Shown here piece after piece: positions 23,756-30,878 of a DNA stretch of 32,000 nt. Within the stretch, counting starts at the first letter, position 1; each line of letters begins with the position of its first letter. The position numbers were made by a program, and so were the translations under genes. The notes under the pieces are model-generated. The model searched no databases. It saw only the letters and a program-made list of their open reading frames with translations, and was not told the origin of the DNA. Origin of the DNA: Telmatocola sphagniphila (GTDB lineage: Bacteria; Planctomycetota; Planctomycetia; Gemmatales; Gemmataceae); NCBI RefSeq assembly GCF_018398935.1, contig NZ_CP074694.1, positions 4,530,001 through 4,562,000 of the forward strand. Direction: 5' to 3'.

Positions 23756-24289
23756 CTACCGGAAGTCCTTGGTACTTTTCATTAAATCTTTCACATTATC
23801 CTTACAGAACCCGTGCTTGCCCCGATTGATGAACTCGTAGATAACTCCCGTCAGGGCCGAGGGTTTGGTGAAGACCTGGGTCAGCCCCGGGCACTTCAGA
23901 ACATCGTCGGTGCTGAACTCGGCGAAACCCTTATCCCGCCACTCCTTCATCTTCTCTTCGACCGAATCGACCTGATAAGCGAGGTGGTGAATCCCGCCGA
24001 CACCGCCGCGAGCCGCGACCCACTTGCCGACGACCGAATCGGCCGTTCCGTCCGAGATGAAGATCTCGGGAGGAAGGTGATACTCCTGTTCGGAACCAGC
24101 GGCGAACAGCTTCCAGGGAATTTCGCCGTTGAGTTTTTCCGGTGGCTCCAGAGCGATGCATTTGGCCGAACCGCCTTCGTCGAAAACGATATCGAACTCG
24201 GTTTGAACCGTGTAACCGAAGGCTTCCCTGAAGAAGTTGGCGGTTTTTTGCCGGTCCGCTACGCGATAGGCTATATGGTCGAGACGCAT
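23756..24289 (-). CDS. VOC-family (glyoxalase/dioxygenase-fold) protein
   Basis: ATG 24289 is preceded by GGAGG with an 8-nt spacer. MRLDHIAYRVADRQKTANFFREAFGY... and GGIHHLAYQVDSVEEKMKEW... are two VOC beta-alpha-beta-beta-beta modules with metal-ligand-like His and Glu positions. Confidence 0.7.
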   Translation of the reverse strand: MRLDHIAYRVADRQKTANFFREAFGYTVQTEFDIVFDEGGSAKCIALEPPEKLNGEIPWKLFAAGSEQEYHLPPEIFISDGTADSVVGKWVAARGGVGGIHHLAYQVDSVEEKMKEWRDKGFAEFSTDDVLKCPGLTQVFTKPSALTGVIYEFINRGKHGFCKDNVKDLMKSTKDFR

Positions 24290-24525
24290 GGCCTGAACCT
24301 CCGTTGCCCGGTAATTTCGCTCGTCTATCTGAGGTGGCACTTAGATTATATCTGCCCGGCCCAAAAACGAATGTCAGATTATGCCAGTAAAAATTGGCTA
24401 GGGGACGCCAGGTCCGGGCCTGGGGAAGCCTTCCAAACCGAAAAAATTGGGGGAGAAAGCGCCCAAGTGAACCGCGCCTTGTCTTGACGTGTCCGTTTAG
24501 GAACCTAAACTGGATAGACACCTAA

Positions 24526-24609
24526 GCCGAGGTGGCGGAATTGGCAGACGCGCTAGCCTCAGGAGCTAGTCCTCGCAAGGGGGTGCAGGTTCAACTCCTG
24601 TCCTCGGCA
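24526..24609 (+). tRNA. tRNA-Leu (anticodon CAG), type II with a long variable arm
   Basis: The 7-bp acceptor stem pairs GCCGAGG with CCTCGGC, and the discriminator is A. The D-stem is 3 bp. The anticodon stem pairs CTAGC with GCTAG around the loop CTCAGGA. The variable arm is TCCTCGCAAGGGGGT and the T-arm is GCAGG-TTCAACT-CCTGT. No CCA is encoded. Confidence 0.9.
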
Positions 24610-24739
24610 TCTACTGAAATCATAAGGGCTTACGTCAATAATGACTAAGCCCGATTTCAACTTCTCTCAATTTGGCTTCTGCAATTTTGCTGCACTTATG
24701 GCACTCGCACTGCGGTAACATAGACCGTAGGAGATCGTC

Positions 24740-25987
24740 ATGGCGTCCTTGCAGAAGAAAAATCAATCGTACTACTGTCAGTTCCTTTTCCAGGGCAAAC
24801 GTTACACGGTTACGATCGGCCAGGTCAGTGACCAAGAGGCCAATGCCTTCGTTGGGAAAATCGAACATTTATTGATGCGAATAAGGCAAAAGCTCTTGGC
24901 CGTGCCTAAAGGAGTTAAAATCGTCGATTTTCTTCTCACTGATGGTCAGGTGACTTCGGAACCACTCGAGGAAGAAGGCCCCCTCACCCTGGAATTTCTC
25001 CGCGATCTCTATTTGCAAACTCACGGGAACGGGGCGCTCGAAGCAAATACCCTCTACACCGCCAAGATTCACCTGAAGCACATAGAACGCACTCTCGAAG
25101 CCAAGTTCAATTTGCGGACCCTCTCTTCTGCGGATTTGCAGAAACATATCAACCGGCGTGTCAAAGCGAAAGGACTGAGGGGCAAGAAGCTAAGCGGCTA
25201 TACGATTCGCAAAGAAATCAAGACGTTGCGTGCTGTGTGGAATTGGGCGAAAGAATCCACTTTACTCAAAGGTGAATTCCCGGCCAACAAGTTGGCCTTT
25301 CCGAAGATCGAAGAGAAACCTCCTTTCCAAACTTGGCCGGAAATCGAAAAGCGTCTTTCCAAAGGTAATGTCACGGAGGGCGAAGCGGCCGATCTTTGGG
25401 ATTGCGTCTTTCTCACCCTTCCAGAAATCGGCGAACTTCTCGATCATGTGCGAGTGTCCGCTACTCATCCCTGGATTTATCCCATGTTCTGTTTCGCGGC
25501 TCATACCGGCGCGAGACGTTCCGAATTACTCCGCCTTCAGGTTTCCGATATCGACTTGGAAGCCAAGCATGTTTTCATCCGCGAGAAGAAGAAGTCAAAA
25601 ACCAAAAGTACGCTGCGACGAATTCCGATTTCCGGATTCCTGATTGATGCAATGCAAGCATGGCTGGCGAAGCATCCAGGAGGAGCATTTCTATTCGGCC
25701 AATCGGGTCGGCTCGAACACGGAAAGAAATCACGGACAAGCACAGTCCCGATCACCGAAGATGAGGCACATGACCATTTCAAGAGGACATTGGCCGGGAG
25801 TAAATGGAAAGTGTTGCGGGGCTGGCATGTGCTGCGGCACAGTTTCGCATCGAATTGCGCTGCCAAAGGGATCGATCAGCGGCTCATTGATTCCTGGATG
25901 GGGCACACAACTGAAATCCGGCGAAGATACTTGCACTTGATACCAACGAATGAGCAGCAGGCGCTTTCGCTCGTATTCGATGGTTAG
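24740..25987 (+). CDS. int: Tyrosine recombinase / phage-type integrase
   Basis: AGGAGA RBS. The N-terminal arm-binding-like region reads SYYCQFLFQGKRYTVTIG. The catalytic residues can be read as HTGARRSELLRL (Arg), HVLRHSFAS (His-x-x-Arg), WMGH (His) and RRYLHL (Tyr). Confidence 0.9.
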   Translation: MASLQKKNQSYYCQFLFQGKRYTVTIGQVSDQEANAFVGKIEHLLMRIRQKLLAVPKGVKIVDFLLTDGQVTSEPLEEEGPLTLEFLRDLYLQTHGNGALEANTLYTAKIHLKHIERTLEAKFNLRTLSSADLQKHINRRVKAKGLRGKKLSGYTIRKEIKTLRAVWNWAKESTLLKGEFPANKLAFPKIEEKPPFQTWPEIEKRLSKGNVTEGEAADLWDCVFLTLPEIGELLDHVRVSATHPWIYPMFCFAAHTGARRSELLRLQVSDIDLEAKHVFIREKKKSKTKSTLRRIPISGFLIDAMQAWLAKHPGGAFLFGQSGRLEHGKKSRTSTVPITEDEAHDHFKRTLAGSKWKVLRGWHVLRHSFASNCAAKGIDQRLIDSWMGHTTEIRRRYLHLIPTNEQQALSLVFDG

Positions 25988-26377
25988 GCTAGCTATTACA
26001 TACCGTTCAGGAACGGTATGGTTCAAGGTTGACCGTGAAAGCGGTCAACACCGCTCTACACCGCACGTCAAAACTCACCCGGACTGAAAATGACGGAGTT
26101 TAAACAACTCGTTCGATTATTTCCCGATTGGCCGGGAAATTCCGGGCAATTTTGGAAATCATCTTTGACATGTGTGGTGCCGTCATTTAGGCTATGGATC
26201 ACTAGAATACGCGGCAAATCCGCCACTGGATTGCCCACGTGATCGGCTTAAGGGTTTGAGATAAAAGATGTTAGGCGACACGGGACACAAGATACCATAA
26301 TGCGCGGCGCATCGAGTAAGGGCTTTCATGCGTATTACTACTGAGTAGCCCATCCCCCAATTGGTCCTTCCTCACCG

Positions 26378-28552
26378 ATGACAAATATTCTCCTTATCGT
26401 CGCTCGGTGGTTCTGGTGCGTACCGAGCGTAAAAAGTGAACTCCATAAACACACACAGAATACGTCGCATGACATTCTGTCGTGCTTGGTCAACGTTAGG
26501 CTGTTCAGCGTCGCCTTCGTAGCGACTCCACTCATTTCCCTAATACCCTACGCGCTTACTGAGTCCCATGTATGGGGTCTCATCAGTTTCGGTATCGGTA
26601 CCCTTTCGATTATCCTCTGGCTCAGCCTCTTGGGAGGGATCAGACAGAGCTCGCAAGTTACGAGACCGATCAAACTCGGAGCTTGGGCTACGATTATCAT
26701 AAGCGCCGCTCTCGGAGTATGGCTCTTCGTGGCATCGGCAGTGGGTATTGAGCCATGGTGGATACTTGTTGGATACTTGTGGCTTCAATTGTTCACAGGA
26801 GTGCCATTCGCACTAACCTATGGGGTGGACTCAAAATTGTCTGGCCGAGTCTACGACCGAATCCGTTTGCCGGGGAAGTGCCCAATATCGCCAGGAGGTG
26901 AGTTTCGCAAATGTAAAACTGCTGGAGCAACTGCCGCTGCAGCGGTCGGCGCCTTCGTGTGGTGCTTAGTGCTGATCTGCCATCCGAATGCAAGCCGGTC
27001 ACCATGGTGTTACTCTTTGATTTTCTTAATAAATATTGTCCCAATGGTGCTTCTCCTTTACTGGATCCAAAAACTAGAACTGTCGGCTGGTCTAAATATC
27101 CATAGCGACACCGAAGAGATACAGTCGCAGCACGACTCAATTAAAAAGGATGTCTGGGAATCCATTCTCGCTGTCGGATTCTTGGAAGGTCTGCTTCAAT
27201 TCTCACAGTTTTACTTCTCGATCAAAGCTATAAAGATGTTGTTCGACAAGGTTCCTACATACCCCTTACTTTGTACGATATTCATACCATTGCTGTTCTA
27301 CATAATCAATAGTACGGAATTGATAGGAGTGACACTTTTCCGTAGATTCTTCCGCAATCCAGAGCGTGAGTCCAAGAAACGTCAATATATAGCACTAAAA
27401 ACACTTTTAGTCACTGTCTCAATTTTTGCTATCCACATTGCTACATGGATGATATGCGGATGGTATATTGCTATGGATGTGGTAGCATTTTCAGTGTTCA
27501 ACATTGTCAAAGGGTGCGCAGGCGGGCTGTCGGAAGAATGGCAAGAAGCATTACGGCAAAAAAAGAGAACACAACTCGACCGATGTGACGAAGCAATTTT
27601 TTCAGCTCGATCCGCACTGATTGGCCGTCTATATCAAATCGCTGCGATAATTGTTTATATGATCGCTACAGTTCTCGTTGCCAATGATGATGTCTTCGAC
27701 GCCTTTCACAATCTGTCACCTAATACTCTCAAACCAGATCAAAACTCGGCGGTCTTTGCCAGTACGCTGACTGTCTTCGTCTTTCTCCTACTCGCTGCCA
27801 ACCTCTTGGTTTACCTGTGGAGCGCAGACGGAACTCCGCGCAAGACGCCCATAGAAGTGTTTCTCGATGGGATTCGATACCGGGATCAGCGGCGCGCTAT
27901 GTTGACGCAGTTACTGCGTGTATCGTTCGTTGTATCCTTGGTGTTGTCCAACTTTCTTGCAGTGAAGTTAGCCGACATTCGAGGTGTATCCTTCAGTCAC
28001 GGTGGCCTGTGCTATGTCTTTTGTTTCGTAATCCTTCACCTAATGGTTGCGTTCGAGGGCGTGGAGGCGGCTGTCAAGACGGTGCTTCTCGGTATGGCAT
28101 CATATCCATTTGTCTACATCGCGCTTGTGGTATCTTCAACCGGACCGGGTCGGGTCATGGATGGGGGTGGTATTTCCACTGACCAGTACAATTCATTGTT
28201 TGGCCACACTGTCTCGATGCTTTTCGTTGCCAGCCTGATGGGCTACATCATAACAGTCGTACTGGATATGCTACTTATGAGTTACTTGATTCGATATTTC
28301 GGCGCGGACAAGGCACTAGTGGTTGGAGCGTTCGTGACCTGCATCTGCCAATTCCTAGACTCAGCCCTCTTTGTATACATTGGCTACTTTACAGCGCTAC
28401 AGGCCAATATTTGGCCCTTGATTATCGGCCAGTTCGCAGTTAAATTCTGTACTTTTTTAGTGCTGTATTTTCCGTTATACCTCTTCATCCGGATGCTTGA
28501 CAGGCAAGCTTGGCAGCAGGGCGGGCGCGTGTCAGATGCCATTTCCTTGTAA
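26378..28552 (+). CDS. 724-aa polytopic membrane protein; the C-terminal ~230 aa are YhhQ/DUF165 (queuosine-precursor transporter)-like
   Basis: Many hydrophobic segments occur throughout. From about 27860, SNFLAVKLADIRGVSFSHGGLCYVFCFVILHLMVAFEGVEAA and ASLMGYIITVVLDML...VTCICQFLDSALFVYIGYF...IIGQFAVKFCTFLVLYFPLYLFIRML align by eye with E. coli YhhQ blocks (SNYLVQLPV..FPFIFLATDLTVRIFGAPLA; ASFMAYALGQILDVHVF..GNVSDTLAFFFIAF..VDYCFKVLISIVFFLPMYGVLLNML). The start codon is uncertain. Confidence 0.55.
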   Translation: MTNILLIVARWFWCVPSVKSELHKHTQNTSHDILSCLVNVRLFSVAFVATPLISLIPYALTESHVWGLISFGIGTLSIILWLSLLGGIRQSSQVTRPIKLGAWATIIISAALGVWLFVASAVGIEPWWILVGYLWLQLFTGVPFALTYGVDSKLSGRVYDRIRLPGKCPISPGGEFRKCKTAGATAAAAVGAFVWCLVLICHPNASRSPWCYSLIFLINIVPMVLLLYWIQKLELSAGLNIHSDTEEIQSQHDSIKKDVWESILAVGFLEGLLQFSQFYFSIKAIKMLFDKVPTYPLLCTIFIPLLFYIINSTELIGVTLFRRFFRNPERESKKRQYIALKTLLVTVSIFAIHIATWMICGWYIAMDVVAFSVFNIVKGCAGGLSEEWQEALRQKKRTQLDRCDEAIFSARSALIGRLYQIAAIIVYMIATVLVANDDVFDAFHNLSPNTLKPDQNSAVFASTLTVFVFLLLAANLLVYLWSADGTPRKTPIEVFLDGIRYRDQRRAMLTQLLRVSFVVSLVLSNFLAVKLADIRGVSFSHGGLCYVFCFVILHLMVAFEGVEAAVKTVLLGMASYPFVYIALVVSSTGPGRVMDGGGISTDQYNSLFGHTVSMLFVASLMGYIITVVLDMLLMSYLIRYFGADKALVVGAFVTCICQFLDSALFVYIGYFTALQANIWPLIIGQFAVKFCTFLVLYFPLYLFIRMLDRQAWQQGGRVSDAISL

Positions 28553-28599
28553 GCACCTGACTGGGCATTGAAGCGTTGAGGATGTAGTAGGTCATCATG

Positions 28600-28730
28600 C
28601 TGCAGAGGCTGTCCTTCGAGTAGTTGTTCTTCAGCAGGGAGAACGCGAAACGACGCAGCTAGGTCAGGTCGTTGCCCATTACGCGTTCGCGTATCCGGTC
28701 GTCGACTTGCCGAGCGCGACGGTCAATCGC
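28600..28730 (-). pseudogene. Relic of an ISAs1/IS4-like transposase C-terminus with an in-frame stop
   Basis: Minus-frame translation gives AIDRRARQVDDRIRERVMGNDLT*LRRFAFSLLKNNYSKDSL. The spacing and residues resemble the ISAs1-type tail (ED..RIR + 17 aa + LLK/R). TAG lies at 28658-28660. The patch is more GC-rich than its surroundings and has no upstream transposase body. Confidence 0.4.
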
Positions 28731-28929
28731 TGTCTCTTATAAACGAATTAACAGTAACACGGATCGCCCTTTTTCTGGATGGAAGCGACGGGTTGCCCAC
28801 CCCACAATCAAGGAAGACGGGCCCATCCGCTCTAATAATTGATTTTTATTTTATACGAAAAACGTTAAACGGCATCGATCATATTCCGTACTACAAATCT
28901 CAGTGGTTGGAGGCGGAAAATCTAAATCA

Positions 28930-29577
28930 CTAATGGCACAAATACTCGGCAACAAATCGAAGGTCATCCATCCAGTCGTAAATTAACCTTTGCGGTCTTA
29001 AAAGTGGACATGTCAGTAAGATCAGGCTAGGTCGATTCAGAACACCTATGCCATAGTTGGGAGCAAGGTTAGAAGCAGCACGTCGGGAGTGTTGATTCTT
29101 ATGTGCGAAGTAATTTCGGAATACTGGAAGATCGACAAATACCCGTGTGCTAATTGAGAGCGCGGCCGCAATATCAGATGTATTTGAGAATCGTTCGGAG
29201 ACTGATAACTCTAATAGAGTATTACTGAGATACCATTTTGGCTCGAGTCGTCTTTGATACTCACCAACAGCATTAGGCACAGCCCCAGGATTATAGTAGA
29301 GAACGGCACGGCCAATACATTGGTTCAAACTGAGTCCAGGATTTGCAATAGTAATCCACCCCCCGCCACACTTCTTGGCCTGAGCCATGCATGCGAGGAA
29401 ATAACCGCGCATGAAGTTCGACCAGACGTTCAGAAGCTGAATGGTCACGTATCCCACTACCTTTTCAATATCCCGTAGAGTGGCGTTAGGGGGAATTCCT
29501 TGAATGTCACGCCGTAATCGGTTCAATTGAGTTAGGAGGGTTCTCCGGATTTTCTTGAGGCGAGTTGTTCGTCTCAT
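28930..29577 (-). CDS. Hypothetical protein with a HEPN-like R-N-x-x-x-H motif, translationally coupled to DUF262
   Basis: ATG 29577 overlaps the upstream TGA (ATGA at 29574-29577). The product is 215 aa and looks helical. It carries VDLPVFRNYFAHKNQH, where RNYFAH fits the HEPN Rx4-6H motif and specifically the RNxxxH form. I recognise no other family. Confidence 0.45.
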   Translation of the reverse strand: MRRTTRLKKIRRTLLTQLNRLRRDIQGIPPNATLRDIEKVVGYVTIQLLNVWSNFMRGYFLACMAQAKKCGGGWITIANPGLSLNQCIGRAVLYYNPGAVPNAVGEYQRRLEPKWYLSNTLLELSVSERFSNTSDIAAALSISTRVFVDLPVFRNYFAHKNQHSRRAASNLAPNYGIGVLNRPSLILLTCPLLRPQRLIYDWMDDLRFVAEYLCH

Positions 29578-30620
29578 TGAAGCATCTGGGGTCTCATTGC
29601 TGTTGAGTATGTTTTGAACCGCATCTCACGATTTATCTTGGTATTCGTCCCAGCTCTACTGGCTGAAACGAAGTTAATTAGAAATTCCGGTGGGTCCTCA
29701 GCATCCAAGGCCTCAGAAATCGCTCCCAGATTTGCCAGCACGATGTCATCGTTAAACGTTCGCAAAGCCGAAGCCTGGTAAACAGAATTCAGGACTGACA
29801 AAGGCTTCAATGCGTGGGAAATCGCAAGGAAAAATGTGAAAAATTGGAATGGTTTCATGAGGGTAGTGTTATGAATTTGCTCCCATCTTAGGATATGGGT
29901 AAATGCTTGGTCTATCCTGGTCGACATGTCCTGTTCTTCTGGAAACTCAGCATCTTTGTCAGTGTAGAATTTATTCAAGAGTGATTGCGATGCGGTTTTT
30001 ATTCCCGTGAGCATAGTCATAACGATCTCTGAAAGAAGGCCTGAATCCTGCATTCTGCTAAGTTGCTTTTCAGTGAAGACACCAATTGATTTCAACGTAT
30101 TCTCATATCTTTCTGTCACTTCAACGATGAACCATTTCAACTCTCCTTGGTGGGTGGCGTGACGTTTCTCTTGTGGATTCAGCGGCACCGTGTAGGAGTT
30201 CATCCGGCGGAACACTTGGCGGATTTCATTATCCGTCGCTCCTACGAACACATCAGCGGATATGGAATAGCTGATGAATCGTTGTTTATCTCCTTGATCC
30301 AATTGATCGTACGACCTTCCAGAGAACTCGCTTTTTCCCGTGAGTCGGAATTTATTTTCATAGAAGTCTAAAATTGCTTTGCTTCTTTGCTGTCCGTCAA
30401 CGATTTCCTTTACTGTCTTTCTACTCCGTAAGTCAGTTTTCTGAGATAGGCAGAACTTCGGAATCGGGAAACCGTGGAGAATAGTGTCGATTAGATACGA
30501 ACGAGCAGCGGGTGGCCAGACGGCATCGGAACGCTGATAATCGCGATTGATCGTGATTGATCCTTTCTCCATTTGGTCACAGTATTCGGCGATCGTGAAT
30601 CCGGTCGTAGTTACTTGCAT
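29574..30620 (-). CDS. DUF262 (ParB-like nuclease/NTPase domain, GmrSD N-terminal type) protein lacking the DUF1524 nuclease half
   Basis: ITINRDYQRSDAVWPPAARSYLIDTILHGFPIPKF and IVDGQQRSKAILDFYENKF are the two DUF262 signature blocks (QR..vW and DGQQR). At 348 aa the protein has no His-Me/HNH-like motif in its C-terminal half. Confidence 0.8.
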   Translation of the reverse strand: MQVTTTGFTIAEYCDQMEKGSITINRDYQRSDAVWPPAARSYLIDTILHGFPIPKFCLSQKTDLRSRKTVKEIVDGQQRSKAILDFYENKFRLTGKSEFSGRSYDQLDQGDKQRFISYSISADVFVGATDNEIRQVFRRMNSYTVPLNPQEKRHATHQGELKWFIVEVTERYENTLKSIGVFTEKQLSRMQDSGLLSEIVMTMLTGIKTASQSLLNKFYTDKDAEFPEEQDMSTRIDQAFTHILRWEQIHNTTLMKPFQFFTFFLAISHALKPLSVLNSVYQASALRTFNDDIVLANLGAISEALDAEDPPEFLINFVSASRAGTNTKINREMRFKTYSTAMRPQMLQ

Positions 30621-30878
30621 TGTCGGATCCTAAGTATTCTCGAGGTATTTTTTGTCCGTCTTCCCCGTCGAACACAATAAATTTATGACTGCTTACTCAA
30701 ATTTACAGCCAAAACGACCTAAAAACTGTTCGAAAAACGGGTAATCCATATCGCTGTCTCTGAAGCACGCTCCCTTACATCGGTGCTCTTGGTGGCTGCT
30801 TAGGATATCCGTATGATAGAAAAAACTGACTTAAAGCAGACATAAGTGCCATGAATATTTACAGAGGCGAATTCCTGA

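Noticed and set aside
23813-24521. ORFs 23813..24487 (+, 224 aa) and 23931..24521 (-, 196 aa)
   Set aside because: They overlap the VOC gene in other frames and run up to the tRNA. Their Arg/Gly-rich composition marks them as shadow frames.
26165-26200. A sigma70-like TTGACA-17 nt-TAGGCT upstream of the 724-aa gene
   Set aside because: It is a single weak match with a poor -10 element, and planctomycetal promoter consensus is not established. It is not reportable as a feature.
26540-27140. Minus-strand ORFs 26540..26788 and 26793..27140
   Set aside because: They are antisense to the long hydrophobic membrane-protein frame and have no start context or motifs.
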